Part shown: one piece after another, positions 9,943-21,164 of the stretch | How positions within the stretch are numbered: position 1 is the stretch's first letter | Layout: every line of letters begins with the position of its first letter | Origin: Candidatus Poribacteria bacterium | GTDB lineage: Bacteria > Poribacteria > WGA-4E > WGA-3G | NCBI GenBank assembly: GCA_965197475.1 | Contig: CBDANF010000002.1 | Coordinates: forward strand, 288,001 to 352,000 | Direction: 5' to 3' | Length of the DNA: 64,000 bases | Translations under genes and position numbers: made by a program | The notes under the pieces: generated by a model | The model's database searches: none | Told to the model about the DNA's origin: nothing | The model's input: only the letters and a program-made list of their open reading frames with translations

Positions 9943-11604
9943 TTATTTTTGGGTATCGGTAGGTGGTGATTCAGGTTTATCGGTACTTTCTGTTGTTTCA
10001 GGGATTTGGGTGGTCTTCGCGAGATTTTCCGTTACTAATTCGGCAACGGCAGATTCAACATCAAAACCACCGAGGGATGCTTTTCGGACAATACCTTCAC
10101 CGTCAATCAGAAAGGCTGTTGGAATTCCCCATACTCCAAATAGAGTCCTCAACTTGCGGTTTTCATCCCAATAGTGATGCCACGCAAGTCCTTCTTTTTC
10201 AACATAAGCTTCAAGTGGTTGTTTTGACCTGTCTAAACTAATACCGATAATTTGAAACTTCTGATCTTTGTATTCTTCATAAGTCTTCTTAACTTTAGGC
10301 ATCTCGGCAATGCAGGGACCACACCATGTTGCCCAAAAGTCAAGTAGCACAACCTGTCCTCGGTATTTTTTCAGCGACAGTTCTTCACCCTTCAAATCCA
10401 TTACCTGAAAATCTGGAGCAGGTTTACCAATCCACTCACTTGGGTTTGGACGCTCTCTTAAAGGTTCGGGTGATTCGCCTTTTGGAGAGGTTGCCTCCTT
10501 TTTAAGTGTTTTTGTTGCGGGGATTGACTGCGATCGCGAACCGTCTGCGGGTGTTTTAGTGGGAGTATCCGCAGGTTTCGCGAGATTTTCTTTTACCAGT
10601 GCAGATACGGCAGTTTCAAGTGACCGACCATGGAGATGAGTCTTACGGATAACACCTTCACCGTCAATTAGAAATGTAGACGGGATTGCATTCACCTGAT
10701 ACATATTGGCGATTTTACCCACATTGTCGTAATATTGTGGCCACGTAAGTCCTTCTTTTTCAATAAATGCATCAAGTGGGGGTTTTGATCTGTCAAGACT
10801 AATACCGATAATCTGGAACTTCTGATCTTTGTATTTTTCATAAGTTCTCTTAACGTTCGGTATCTCGGCGACACAGGGTGGACACCAAGTTGCCCAGAAA
10901 TCAAGAAGCACAACCTGTCCACGGAATTTTTTCAAAGAAAGTTCTTCACCGCTCAAATCTTTTACCTGAAAGTCTGGTGCGGGTTTACCGACCCACTCAA
11001 TAGGTTCCGCACTTACACCAGGCGGCAGAGGTAATTCACCGTTTCGGGAAGTTATCTCCTGTTCAAGAATCATTTTTGCCTGTTTCGCATAGGATCGCGA
11101 ACTGTACTTCGGATGATCTATCAATTTTTTATAGGCTGCGTCCGCTTTATCATGCTTACTGAGTTTGTCGTAAACTAACCCCAACTCTAACAAACTTGGT
11201 TGAATATAGCGCGCTTCTGGATGTTTCTTGATAAGTGTTTGAAAAACTTTTATACCTTCTTCAACACGGTCCAACCGGACTAAGGCGTTACCAAGATAAT
11301 AGTATATCTCATCCACGCGTTTATATTCAGGAAACGCTGCGACAAAATCGGTTGATTTTTTAACTAACTTCTCCAATTCTTCTGGTTTGTTCTGATTGGC
11401 GGGTTTTTTAGCAATTGCCTTAATTTCTTGATATTTGAACCCCGGTCTTACAGTGCTAACATTGGTACTTGTCTGCGTAGAATCATCACCGGCAAGATTT
11501 GAACAGAAACTTATTAACAAAACAATTGCAATCATACCAATGCTGCGGATAGAAAAACATGTCTTATCTGTCTGAATTAGCATTGTTTGATTTCGGATAA
11601 ACAT
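9943..11604 (-). CDS. TPR + two TlpA/AhpC-TSA thioredoxin domains, exported
   Basis: Two DFWATWCxPC motifs; N-terminal TPRs. Confidence 0.9.
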   Translation of the reverse strand: MFIRNQTMLIQTDKTCFSIRSIGMIAIVLLISFCSNLAGDDSTQTSTNVSTVRPGFKYQEIKAIAKKPANQNKPEELEKLVKKSTDFVAAFPEYKRVDEIYYYLGNALVRLDRVEEGIKVFQTLIKKHPEARYIQPSLLELGLVYDKLSKHDKADAAYKKLIDHPKYSSRSYAKQAKMILEQEITSRNGELPLPPGVSAEPIEWVGKPAPDFQVKDLSGEELSLKKFRGQVVLLDFWATWCPPCVAEIPNVKRTYEKYKDQKFQIIGISLDRSKPPLDAFIEKEGLTWPQYYDNVGKIANMYQVNAIPSTFLIDGEGVIRKTHLHGRSLETAVSALVKENLAKPADTPTKTPADGSRSQSIPATKTLKKEATSPKGESPEPLRERPNPSEWIGKPAPDFQVMDLKGEELSLKKYRGQVVLLDFWATWCGPCIAEMPKVKKTYEEYKDQKFQIIGISLDRSKQPLEAYVEKEGLAWHHYWDENRKLRTLFGVWGIPTAFLIDGEGIVRKASLGGFDVESAVAELVTENLAKTTQIPETTESTDKPESPPTDTQK

Positions 11605-11896
11605 CGTATACCTCCTCAGGTTCTCGTTATGAAACTGTTGGCAACATCTGATTTTTAAGATTTTAGAATGTAATTAAATTTCATAATGGTGAGGCCTAAA
11701 GACCTCGCCTTACGCACAAGCGCAAACATGACGAGGTACAGAGACCTCAACCTTCAAATAAAATTGGGTATAGCAAGGTGCCAAATCAACTCAAGGATTA
11801 ATGCTTGTCAAGTTTACAAAGAACTCCAACAAGGATATTCACCGATACCAATAACCAAAGGAATCAACAAAAGCGGATTCAAGAAATACGCGTTGT

Positions 11897-12910
11897 TTAC
11901 TGTGACATATTTTCCCGAACAAGTTCAGCGACAGCGGACTCAAGCGCACTTCCCCGGAGATTCATCTTACGGATAACTCCGTCACCGTCAATCAGAAAAG
12001 TAGAAGGGATGGAACTCACTTCATACATATTGGAAATTTGCCTGTTGCTGTCGTAGTATTGTGGCCATGCGATTCCCTCTTTCTCAATATAAGTTTCAAG
12101 CTGAGATATTCCTCTATCTAAACTGATACCTATAATCTGAAACTTCTTATTTTTATATCTTTCATAAGTGCGCTTGACGCTTGGCATTTCCGCGATGCAG
12201 GGTCCACACCACGTTGCCCAGAAATCGAGAAGCACAACCTGTCCAAGGTATTTTTCTAACGATAACGAATCACCATTCAGATCCTCCACTTCAAAATCTA
12301 AAGCAAGTTGACCAATAAAATTAGTCGAAGCGGATGTAGAATCGGATCCAGCAGACAAATCTTCAAGAGCTCCTTTTCGCTTAGATTTATCTGTTTGCAG
12401 CAGTCGCTGAGCGGTTTTGGCATAGGCGGTGTCACTATATTTTGAATTATTGACTAATTTTTCATAAACTTCATTTGCTTTGCTAAATTTGCTAACTCTA
12501 TCATAAGCTATTCCTAATGTTAATAAACTTTTTCCAATAGAGGGAGCATACGGGTAAAATTTGATAACCTCTTCTAAGACTACGATCGCTTCTTCGGTAC
12601 GGTCAAATTCAACTAAAGTGCTTCCGAGAATTTGATAGACCTCATCCGTCTTCCCAAATTTAGGGTGTGCCTTGATAAAAGTCTGTGATTTCTCAATTAA
12701 TATATCCGCAGTTTCCTGTTTGCCAGAGATTGATAGTTTCGTTTTGATTTCTGTGATCTCGGTGTATGCATCGTTAGGTCGAACCGATGTCCTGCCTGTG
12801 GAATTGAAAGTAGTTGGCACACAGGAACCTAACAGTAGCATGCTCGCGAGTACGGTTAAAAGATAGTACCAACTGTTTATCCGTGTGAGCTTATTTCGTG
12901 ATAACATCAT
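11897..12910 (-). CDS. TPR + TlpA-family disulfide reductase lipoprotein
   Basis: LGSC lipobox-like, TPRs, DFWATWCGPC. Confidence 0.9.
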   Translation of the reverse strand: MMLSRNKLTRINSWYYLLTVLASMLLLGSCVPTTFNSTGRTSVRPNDAYTEITEIKTKLSISGKQETADILIEKSQTFIKAHPKFGKTDEVYQILGSTLVEFDRTEEAIVVLEEVIKFYPYAPSIGKSLLTLGIAYDRVSKFSKANEVYEKLVNNSKYSDTAYAKTAQRLLQTDKSKRKGALEDLSAGSDSTSASTNFIGQLALDFEVEDLNGDSLSLEKYLGQVVLLDFWATWCGPCIAEMPSVKRTYERYKNKKFQIIGISLDRGISQLETYIEKEGIAWPQYYDSNRQISNMYEVSSIPSTFLIDGDGVIRKMNLRGSALESAVAELVRENMSQ

Positions 12911-12951
12911 TTGCCTCCTTAAGGTTTGTTATATCACCCAAAAAGTTCATC

Positions 12952-13542
12952 TTAAATAGCGTTCCGATAGGAATATGCAAGTAGCAGTTTAATTTCTTCT
13001 GCCTGCACTTGTTGCAAAAATAGGGTTACATCTAAGGACAAATCGTTTTCTGCAGCTTGACACCAATCAATAAACTGGTATGCGTCCCAATGTGCTTGCG
13101 ATTCAATCGTGTTTGCAATCTGTGTCAACGCATCCGATGGGTTCGCTGTTTCGTTGCAAAGTGCAAGCGCGCGATCTCGAAGTGCGGGGAAAATTGGATG
13201 CGTGCCAACTCTACCGAACCAATACTTGGCATTGCCGTAATCCGGTTCCCGGCGGTGCATGATACCGTGCCAATAACTACCTGTATTGTTCCCCAGTCCT
13301 TGTGAGATGTCATGCGAATCGTCTAATGCATCGTTCCAAAGCAGTAAACCGCTTTTAATAGCACCGCCGAAAGTGTCATCTTTCAACGATTGTCCTTGGA
13401 AAAGATCGTCAAGCGATGCGGCTAATAATTTGTCTGTGAGTTCACTATTCCAGGCTTTTTCTGGGACAAGTGGTGGAAGTGGGTTACCCGCTTCTAATTT
13501 CTCAATGACTTCAGCGATTGCCGACGTGTATGTTACATCCAT
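12952..13542 (-). CDS. Conserved hypothetical protein
   Basis: 196 aa with SHDISQ / [20 protein letters not shown] conserved-looking motif; RBS GAGGAG. Confidence 0.75.
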   Translation of the reverse strand: MDVTYTSAIAEVIEKLEAGNPLPPLVPEKAWNSELTDKLLAASLDDLFQGQSLKDDTFGGAIKSGLLLWNDALDDSHDISQGLGNNTGSYWHGIMHRREPDYGNAKYWFGRVGTHPIFPALRDRALALCNETANPSDALTQIANTIESQAHWDAYQFIDWCQAAENDLSLDVTLFLQQVQAEEIKLLLAYSYRNAI

Positions 13543-13697
13543 GAAAAACTCCTCAATCTCTAAATCGGTTAGTTGAAATTTAGTTTAGCATCTTTTTCTG
13601 AATATATCAAGTGTTTTCTTTCATTGTAACACCAAAAGATAAATTTTGCTATTACATCACAAATGTGTTACAATTAGCATAAAGGAGTTCAGCAAAG

Positions 13698-14054
13698 ATG
13701 GGAAGTGCCTTTAAAAAAGCCTTAATTGTATTCATCGGATTTATTGTAATTTTGCTGGGTATCTTGATCATTGTCATCCTACAATATTCAAGATACCTTT
13801 CAATCCCAGAAGATCTGAAAATGATAGACTTTCAAGGGATTCTCTTATCATTTTTAGGCGCGGTCGTTCTGTGTTTGATCAGTGTTCTCTTAACCTTTAA
13901 CTTGGCGCGTGCATGGGTAAAAGAACAACCAGAATTTGCTGAACGGATCTTTCGGTTCGCATTAATTATCAACATCGGTCTTCTCGTTGTAGTTGGTGGT
14001 TTAGCGGGTGTGGGCATTATTTTACGGTTTTTATGGACAATCGGATTTTTTTAG
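13698..14054 (+). CDS. Hypothetical membrane protein (3 TM)
   Basis: RBS AAGGAG; three hydrophobic segments. Confidence 0.7.
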   Translation: MGSAFKKALIVFIGFIVILLGILIIVILQYSRYLSIPEDLKMIDFQGILLSFLGAVVLCLISVLLTFNLARAWVKEQPEFAERIFRFALIINIGLLVVVGGLAGVGIILRFLWTIGFF

Positions 14055-14197
14055 TTTGCATTTATGTTAGAATTGTGATATAATATTTTAATTAATATTT
14101 GGACGAGCATTTCCGGCACTGTTTTTGGCGATTTTCCGTATTTCGTAAAGATTGGTTTATTGTCGTAACAGTGCACAAAACGTAAATGTAAGATTTA

Positions 14198-14264
14198 GTC
14201 GTGGGCAGGAGAAGATAGGGTGTTAGTTTTGCTCACAATACCCTACCACATTTGGGACCTGCAC
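14198..14264 (+). promoter_or_regulatory. Structured leader upstream of infC-rpmI-rplT (possible L20-responsive leader)
   Basis: Nested stems GTGGGCAGG/CCTGCAC and TAGGGTGTT/AATACCCTA in the 5' UTR; position typical of L20 autoregulation. Confidence 0.35.
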
Positions 14265-14307
14265 AGATATAAGTTGAGAGCCAACCATAAACTTGGGGGT
14301 GTCGAAA

Positions 14308-14853
14308 ATACACTATAGAGGCAAACGTACTCAGAAAACACGGGAAAGAAAGAGCCGTTCGAATTATCAGATTCGAGCCAAGGAGATTTTGCTAATTGAT
14401 CACGAAAACAATCAGGTTGGTGTGATGTCTCCTCGCGATGCGATGGAACGTGCTGAAGAAATTGGATTGGATCTGGTCGAAGTTTCTCCGAATGCCAAAC
14501 CTCCCGTTTGTAAGATAATGGACTATGGGAAATATCAGTACGAAAAGAACAAGCGCGAGCGAGAGGCCCGAAAGAAGCAGACGAAGATCGTTCTGAAAGA
14601 GATGCAATTCCGACCGGACACAGCCGAGCATGACTATCAATTCAAGAAGCGTCACATTGAAGACTTCTTGAAAAACGGTTGGAAAGTGAAAGCGACAGTC
14701 CGTTTTCGAGGTAGAGAGATGTTGCATACGGAGTTGGGTAGAAACATGCTTACCCGATTGAAAGAAGACGTGGCTGAAATTGCAGAGGTTGAACAACCTG
14801 CTAAGATGGAAACACGCGTCATGTCCATGCTCTTGACACCGAAATCTTCGTAA
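14308..14853 (+). CDS. infC: Translation initiation factor IF-3 (probable non-canonical ATA start)
   Basis: LDLVEVSPNAKPPVCKIMDYGKYQYE, KVKATVRFRGRE; in-frame ATA at 14308 after GGGGTG SD. Confidence 0.95.
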   Translation: MHYRGKRTQKTRERKSRSNYQIRAKEILLIDHENNQVGVMSPRDAMERAEEIGLDLVEVSPNAKPPVCKIMDYGKYQYEKNKREREARKKQTKIVLKEMQFRPDTAEHDYQFKKRHIEDFLKNGWKVKATVRFRGREMLHTELGRNMLTRLKEDVAEIAEVEQPAKMETRVMSMLLTPKSS

Positions 14854-15041
14854 CTAAAGTATTTCTTGTAGGTTATGGAAGATCATGTTTCTCTTTTATG
14901 GGGGACTATTTGAAAGGGAAACATAGTTTGCGAGGAAACCGTTTTTCTCGTCGTTGATTCGGTGCATCTATGCCTACATTTCACGGACAGACCCCTTGAA
15001 AAAAATTGGTTTGGATAAGTCGCCAACAGAAGGATATTGTA

Positions 15042-15233
15042 ATGCCGAAAATCAAAACACATAAAGGCGCAGCAAAACGTTTTAAATTTACAGCCACAGG
15101 GAAAATACGTCGCAACCGTGCGTATGCTAGTCACCTATTCATCTCAAAATCAGCGAAACGGAAGCGTCGTCTCAGACAAGCCACGCTAGTTGATCCGAGT
15201 AATGAGAAACGTTTGAAACGTCTAATTCATTAG
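15042..15233 (+). CDS. rpmI: 50S ribosomal protein L35
   Basis: MPKIKTHKGAAKRFKFTATGK. Confidence 0.97.
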   Translation: MPKIKTHKGAAKRFKFTATGKIRRNRAYASHLFISKSAKRKRRLRQATLVDPSNEKRLKRLIH

Positions 15234-15242
15234 GAGTTCAGA

Positions 15243-15590
15243 ATGTCACGAGTAAAAACAGGGAGTATCCGCCGACAACGGCGGAAACGGATACTAAAGC
15301 ATTCTAAAGGGTATCGCGGTGGACGCAACAACCTGAGGCGTACTGCTATGGAGGCGGTTGAAAAAGGATGGAACCACGCGTACACCCATAGACGTACGCG
15401 GAAACGCGACTTTAGACGGCTTTGGATAATACGTATTAATGCCGCTGCAAGACTACACGGACTCACATATAGTAAATTCATCCACGGACTTAAAACAGCT
15501 GGTATTGAGCTTGACAGAAAAGTTCTTGCTGATATTGCTGTGCATGATGCAGCAGGGTTTGGACAACTTGCAGCTCTCGCTAAGGGATAA
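15243..15590 (+). CDS. rplT: 50S ribosomal protein L20
   Basis: MSRVKTG...[17 protein letters not shown]...LDRKVLA. Confidence 0.97.
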   Translation: MSRVKTGSIRRQRRKRILKHSKGYRGGRNNLRRTAMEAVEKGWNHAYTHRRTRKRDFRRLWIIRINAAARLHGLTYSKFIHGLKTAGIELDRKVLADIAVHDAAGFGQLAALAKG

Positions 15591-15629
15591 GTTTAACCGA
15601 TACATTTGCTCATTAGAATTTACACTATT

Positions 15630-15876
15630 AAAAGGCTATAAAGGGACAAAGTAGGGAGTTGAGACTTCTCAACCAGAAAGACCGCGCCATTGGTTGGAAG
15701 CGTGGTTTTGAGAGCAACTGCTGAATTTCATCTTGGAGCCATTAAACAAAAAATGAAGCGGGCAGATTTTACCAATCTGTCAAGCGGGGTGGTACCGCGG
15801 AAGTAGATGCTTGTCGCTTTCGTCCCCAGAAGGAAATTAACCTTTATGGGGCAGAGTGATAGGCATTATCTTTTTA
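15630..15876 (+). promoter_or_regulatory. T-box riboswitch (Phe) upstream of pheS
   Basis: T-box GGGTGGTACCGCG at about 15787-15799, complementary CGTCCCC antiterminator arm, specifier GAAT-TTC-A (Phe codon 15727-15729), downstream hairpin + T run. Confidence 0.88.
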
Positions 15877-15886
15877 AAAGGCAACT

Positions 15887-16903
15887 ATGAAAACAGAATT
15901 AGAGGCGATTCAAGCAGAAGCACTTGAGGCGTTGAAAGCGGTTAAAACGTCAGACGCGCTTGAATCGCTAAGGATTGAATACTTCGGGCGCAGAGGCAAG
16001 TTGACAGATGTCATGAAGGGCATGGGAAAGCTTTCCAAAGAGGAGCGTCCGATAATTGGAAAACTCGCCAATGAAGTGCGCGCCGCACTAACTGAAGCGT
16101 TTGAAGCAGCGAAAAATGCGCTGGATAGTGAACAACAGGAACAGCAACTCAAAGCAGAATCTATTGACATCACACTTCCCGGCCGGAAACCTGCTTACGG
16201 GAAAGCGCATCCGGTCATGCAAACGTTGGAACGAATTGAGACGATCTTCACGCAAATGGGTTTTCAGGTGGTTACGGGACCAGAAGTTGAGACGGAGCAT
16301 TACAATTTTGATGCGCTTAACACGCCTCAAGACCATCCCGCGAGGGATTTGCATGATACATTTTATTTGACAGATGGACATCTACTGAGGACACACACCT
16401 CGCCTGTGCAAATTCGCTCAATGGAAAACCAGAAACCACCAGTACGCATTATTGTGCCAGGAAAGGCGTATCGTGTGGATTACGATGTATCGCACACCCC
16501 GATGTTTCATCAGGTTGAGGGATTGCTTGTGGATAGGCATGTCACCTTCAGCAAATTGAAGGGTGTTTTGGTATCTTTCGCTCGTCAGATGTTCGGTGAC
16601 CAGACGCAGATGCGTTTCCGTCCACATTTTTTCCCTTTTACTGAACCGAGTGCTGAAGCGGATATTTCATGCACTGTATGTCGTGGTAAGGGATGCCGCA
16701 GTTGCGGACACACTGGATGGATTGAAATTTTAGGGGCAGGGGCAGTTGATCCAGAGGTGTTCCGTGCAGTCAACTATGATCCGGAGGAGGTTACCGGTTT
16801 TGCCTTCGGAATGGGTGTAGAACGAATTGCAAATCTCCAATTTCGTATTCCAGATATCCGCACCTTCTATGAGAACGACCTCCGTTTCTTGCAGCAGTTT
16901 TAA
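15887..16903 (+). CDS. pheS: Phenylalanine--tRNA ligase alpha subunit
   Basis: HPARDLHDTFY, LRTHTSPVQ, FPFTEPS, GFAFGMGVER. Confidence 0.98.
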   Translation: MKTELEAIQAEALEALKAVKTSDALESLRIEYFGRRGKLTDVMKGMGKLSKEERPIIGKLANEVRAALTEAFEAAKNALDSEQQEQQLKAESIDITLPGRKPAYGKAHPVMQTLERIETIFTQMGFQVVTGPEVETEHYNFDALNTPQDHPARDLHDTFYLTDGHLLRTHTSPVQIRSMENQKPPVRIIVPGKAYRVDYDVSHTPMFHQVEGLLVDRHVTFSKLKGVLVSFARQMFGDQTQMRFRPHFFPFTEPSAEADISCTVCRGKGCRSCGHTGWIEILGAGAVDPEVFRAVNYDPEEVTGFAFGMGVERIANLQFRIPDIRTFYENDLRFLQQF

Positions 16904-16947
16904 AGGTAGTAGGCACACTCCGCTGTGCCGTAACGAAGGACTTATCT

Positions 16948-19377
16948 ATGAACGTAACCCTAAATTGGCTGAAAACCTACATTGATTTTAATTTTTCTCC
17001 AGATGAACTCGCGGAAAGATTAACGATGTTAGGCATTGAAGTTGAATCCATCAAGCAACTCGGTGCTGGATTAGAAGGTGTGGTCGTTGGGAAAGTGGCT
17101 TCCATCAGACCGCATCCGAATGCTGATAAACTTGTGCTCTGTCAGGTAGATGTTGGCGGGGGAGATGCGCTTCAGATCGTCTGCGGTGCGCCGAACGTGT
17201 CCGAAGGCATGCTCGCACCTGTCGCAACAATCGGCACAGAATTGCCCACTGGCATTACAATCAAACACGCTAAACTGCGCGGTGAAGAATCGCACGGTAT
17301 GCTCTGCTCAGAGAAAGAATTGGGTATCTCAGATGAAGCAGCGGGACTCATGGAATTATCCTCAGACCTTCCCCTCAGCACCTCGCTCACCAAAGCGTTA
17401 GGATTAGACGATGTGGTATTTGAACTGGAGATAACACCAAATCGTCCGGACTGTCTCAGTATGATCGGTGTTGCTCGCGAGATTCGCGCTGAAACAGGAA
17501 ACGACTTAAAACTCCCACAGATAGACCTCAAAGAAAGCGAAGCAGACATACGAGAAATTACATCTGTAACGATTGAGGCAACTGACCTCTGTCCTCGTTA
17601 TGCGGCGCGCGTTATTCAAGGCGTTAAAATTGATGAATCTCCTGAATGGTTAAAACAACGGCTTGAATCTATCGGTGTGGGTGTTATTAATAATATTGTT
17701 GATATTACTAACTTTGTCTTAATGGAATATGGACAACCGCTGCATGCCTTTGATTATAACAAACTTGCACAAAATTGTATTGTGGTACGCCGCGCAGCAG
17801 AAGGTGAACAAATCACAACCCTTGATGAAGAAGAACGCAAACTCACTCCTGATATGTTAGTTATTGCAGATGCGGAAAAACCTGTGGCACTCGCGGGAAT
17901 TATGGGTGGATATGATTCTGAAATTACTGAGACAACATGTGATGTGCTGCTGGAAAGTGCCAATTTTCAACCCTTAAGTATCCGTGCAACCGCAAAAGCA
18001 TTGGGAATACACACTGAGGCATCATATAGATTTGAACGTGGCGCAGATCCGGAGGTTGTTATCCGTGCTCTTGACCGCGCAGCACAACTGATTGTGGAAT
18101 TGGTAGGTGGCACTATCTGTGAAGGTATTATTGATGTCTATCCGGGACAATCTGAACCGCTGCAGATTCAACTCCGTCAGGAACGCGTCAATTTCATATT
18201 GGGAACCGCATTTGAAGCAACTGAGATAGAGCAGATTTTAAGTCGGTTGGGATTTGGGGTTGAAATGGTGGGACAAGAAGGTCGCGACCGGGAGATCGAT
18301 CCTACAGAAGAAAAAGATGTTTATAATGTCACCGTGCCGACGTTCCGCTCAGATATTACGCGCGAAATTGATCTGATTGAGGAGATCGCTCGTGTCCATG
18401 GCTATGATAACATTCCGACAACGTTGCCGAAGGGTGATATTCCAGTTCCCGTCCCAAACATCTCAGTAGAAGTTCGTAGACGTATAAAGTATTTTCTGCT
18501 TGGGGCAGGCATGATGGAGGCAGTAAATTATAGTTTTAGCCACCCGAACTGCTTTGATAGGATAAGGTTAGCAGAAGACAATCCGCTTCGTGATGCCCTG
18601 AAATTGTGCAATCCGTTGAGTCCAGAGATGTCGATTTTGCGTACGACATTACTGCCGAGCTTACTCCAAAATGCGCAGCACAATCATAATCATCAGATAA
18701 ATAATATCGCACTTTTTGAGATGTCCACAGTGTTCGTGCAAGGCGAAGAACCTGCGCGCGTTGCTGGTATCCTCGCCGGAGAAATTGGGGGTGGTGTATA
18801 CAGCAACCCGTATCGACATCCAGATTTCTTTGACATTAAGGGTATTGTTGAAGGAGTGCTTGAAGTCTGTGGTATTACCGATTACACGTTTGAGAAAACG
18901 GAAGATCCAACCTTCCACCCGGGTCGCAACGCTGAGGTGTTGTTGGGGAATAGACGCATCGGTATTCTCGGAGAGACACACCCGATAGTGCTTGAAAATT
19001 ATGAGCTTCCGTATAAGGCATATCTCTTTGAACTTGACCTTGAAGTACTATCGGACGCAGCCGATTTTTTGAAACGTTTTGAACCGATCCCTATTTATCC
19101 AAGCATCCAGCGCGACATTGCGATTGTGGTAGATCAAGAGATGCAGTCGGATATGCCGATAGAGATTATCTATTCAACCGGGGGAGAGTTGGTTGAATCA
19201 GTCAGACTGTTTGACGTATATGATGGGGATCAGGTACCGAAAGGGAAAAAGAGTCTCGCTTACACTATCACGTATCATTCTGCAACCGAGACGTTGACAG
19301 ATAAGGCGGTTAACGATCTTCATGATAGGGTTGTTAAACGGCTGAACCGAGAACTTGGTGCGGAGCTGCGAATGTAG
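16948..19377 (+). CDS. pheT: Phenylalanine--tRNA ligase beta subunit
   Basis: [43 protein letters not shown]-terminus. Confidence 0.98.
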   Translation: MNVTLNWLKTYIDFNFSPDELAERLTMLGIEVESIKQLGAGLEGVVVGKVASIRPHPNADKLVLCQVDVGGGDALQIVCGAPNVSEGMLAPVATIGTELPTGITIKHAKLRGEESHGMLCSEKELGISDEAAGLMELSSDLPLSTSLTKALGLDDVVFELEITPNRPDCLSMIGVAREIRAETGNDLKLPQIDLKESEADIREITSVTIEATDLCPRYAARVIQGVKIDESPEWLKQRLESIGVGVINNIVDITNFVLMEYGQPLHAFDYNKLAQNCIVVRRAAEGEQITTLDEEERKLTPDMLVIADAEKPVALAGIMGGYDSEITETTCDVLLESANFQPLSIRATAKALGIHTEASYRFERGADPEVVIRALDRAAQLIVELVGGTICEGIIDVYPGQSEPLQIQLRQERVNFILGTAFEATEIEQILSRLGFGVEMVGQEGRDREIDPTEEKDVYNVTVPTFRSDITREIDLIEEIARVHGYDNIPTTLPKGDIPVPVPNISVEVRRRIKYFLLGAGMMEAVNYSFSHPNCFDRIRLAEDNPLRDALKLCNPLSPEMSILRTTLLPSLLQNAQHNHNHQINNIALFEMSTVFVQGEEPARVAGILAGEIGGGVYSNPYRHPDFFDIKGIVEGVLEVCGITDYTFEKTEDPTFHPGRNAEVLLGNRRIGILGETHPIVLENYELPYKAYLFELDLEVLSDAADFLKRFEPIPIYPSIQRDIAIVVDQEMQSDMPIEIIYSTGGELVESVRLFDVYDGDQVPKGKKSLAYTITYHSATETLTDKAVNDLHDRVVKRLNRELGAELRM
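18280..18305 (-). repeat. GTAG-type REP-like palindrome embedded in frame in pheT
   Basis: Minus strand GTAGGATCGATCTCCCGGTCGCGACC encodes GRDREIDPT within an apparent loop insertion. Confidence 0.5.
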
Positions 19378-19396
19378 GAAACGCTCTCTTAGCATT

Positions 19397-20116
19397 ATGC
19401 AAGCACACCGTATAAAAAACCTATTTTCAGCCATCGCGCGGCACTACGATTTTCTCAACTCGCTGTTAAGCCTTCGGTTCGATCGTGTATGGCGACGAGA
19501 GACGGTCAAAGCAAGTAATGTGACTCCGACAAGTAAGGTACTTGATGTTTGCACAGGCACAGGTGAACTTGCACTTGCGTATGCTGACAAAATAGACATA
19601 GGTGGTTCTGTCATCGGGTCAGATTTCTGCTTTGAGATGTTAGTTGTCGGTAAGCAAAAGGTAGAACGACAAGGAAGGACACACGCCTTTGTACCGATTG
19701 AGGCGGATACCCTGACTCTCCCGTTTGCAGATAACACTTTTGACATTGTCTCTGTCGGTTTTGGTATCCGAAACGTTACTGACCTCAAATTGGGGATCCG
19801 AGAGATGGCACGCGTCGCTGTACCTGGTGGTAGAATTGCTATCTTGGAATTCACGCAGCCTGTTAATCCGGTGTTTCGTAGTCTCTACTATTTCTATTTT
19901 ACGAAGATTTTACCTTTCATCGGCAATTGCATCTCGCGTAACGAGGATGATGCGTACGGATATCTTCCTCGTTCTGTCATGCAGTTTCCGAATTGCGATG
20001 CGTTAAAAAAGGTTATGGAGCAGTGTGGACTTACAGATGTGCAGTATTATCGGAAAACTTTAGGCATCGTTGCGATTCATGTCGGAAAGAAATCTGTGGG
20101 TTATAGTAAAGTGTAG
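19397..20116 (+). CDS. ubiE: UbiE/MenG-family quinone biosynthesis methyltransferase
   Basis: YDFLNSLLS, LDVCTGTGEL, LPFADNTFD, FGIRNV, ILEF. Confidence 0.92.
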   Translation: MQAHRIKNLFSAIARHYDFLNSLLSLRFDRVWRRETVKASNVTPTSKVLDVCTGTGELALAYADKIDIGGSVIGSDFCFEMLVVGKQKVERQGRTHAFVPIEADTLTLPFADNTFDIVSVGFGIRNVTDLKLGIREMARVAVPGGRIAILEFTQPVNPVFRSLYYFYFTKILPFIGNCISRNEDDAYGYLPRSVMQFPNCDALKKVMEQCGLTDVQYYRKTLGIVAIHVGKKSVGYSKV

Positions 20117-20136
20117 GCGCGCTTTGTAAGCGCGCT
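20113..20136 (+). repeat. GTAG-type REP palindrome
   Basis: GTAGGCGCGCTTTGTAAGCGCGC after the ubiE stop; similar elements near 8009, 16908, 25205, 33363 and 37506. Confidence 0.6.
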
Positions 20137-20167
20137 GTCATGAGAAAACTCCAATAGACCATTATGT

Positions 20168-21130
20168 TTATTGTGCTGCAGCCGCACCGTTTTGCCCAAC
20201 CAAACATTCCACATGCGCTACAACAGATTCAGAGACACCTTCCAAGCTATACCCGCCCTCCAATGCCGAAACAACGTTGCCTGATGCAGTGTCTTCCGCA
20301 ACATCCAGAACCAAATCGGTTAGTGCCACAAAACCCTCAGCAGTTAGATTAATATGGGCAAGCGGGTCAAGGTAGTGCGCATCAAATCCTGCGGATATTA
20401 GAATAAACTCAGGCGAAAAATCCTGTAATGCGGAAATCAGAACATCCTCAAAGACAGCAATGTATTCACTGTCGCCGCTTCCGGGTGGCATCGGCACGTT
20501 TAGCGTAGTGCCACGCGCATTTCCGCTGCCCTGTTCATGTCTTGAACCGGTGCCAGGATAAAGTGGAGATTGGTGAATAGAGAAGAAGAAAACCGATTTA
20601 TCTTCATAGAAGATGTCTTGTGTGCCGTTCCCGTGATGCACATCCCAATCCACGATTGCAACCTTCCCTACACCATGCTCACGTTGAAGATAACGGGCTG
20701 TAACTGCAATGTTATTGAACAGGCAAAAACCCATACTCTGCCCTGGTGTAGCGTGGTGTCCTGGTGGACGCACCATCGCAAAAGCATTTTTCACTTTCTT
20801 TGTTGCTACTGCCTCTGCTGCACACAGCACCCCACCTGTTGAAAGTAGGGCAATGTCATAAGATTCATGCCCGACAGGCGTATCGTATGTAAGCGGAACT
20901 TCCGACTCACAGTATTGGCGGATATGTTCGCTATAGCCAGGGTTGTGCGCGTAAGCGATCTGTTCAATGTTCGCGGGTATTGGGTCAATGTGGTGCAGTT
21001 GCTCCCAAACATCACTTTGTTGGAGTGCTACGAGACTGGCTCTGAGTCGGTCAGGTCGTTCGGGGTGTTCGGGACCTGTGTCGTGGTTAAGGTAGTCTGG
21101 GTGATAGATGAATGCGGTTTTTTGTGGCAT
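20168..21130 (-). CDS. Histone deacetylase family protein
   Basis: HPERPDRL, RPPGHHA, GFCLFNN, DWDVHHGNGTQ, SAGFDAH, LEGGY. Confidence 0.95.
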   Translation of the reverse strand: MPQKTAFIYHPDYLNHDTGPEHPERPDRLRASLVALQQSDVWEQLHHIDPIPANIEQIAYAHNPGYSEHIRQYCESEVPLTYDTPVGHESYDIALLSTGGVLCAAEAVATKKVKNAFAMVRPPGHHATPGQSMGFCLFNNIAVTARYLQREHGVGKVAIVDWDVHHGNGTQDIFYEDKSVFFFSIHQSPLYPGTGSRHEQGSGNARGTTLNVPMPPGSGDSEYIAVFEDVLISALQDFSPEFILISAGFDAHYLDPLAHINLTAEGFVALTDLVLDVAEDTASGNVVSALEGGYSLEGVSESVVAHVECLVGQNGAAAAQ

Positions 21131-21164
21131 GATGCTGTAGTTATGCTTCCCCAATTAAACTCTA

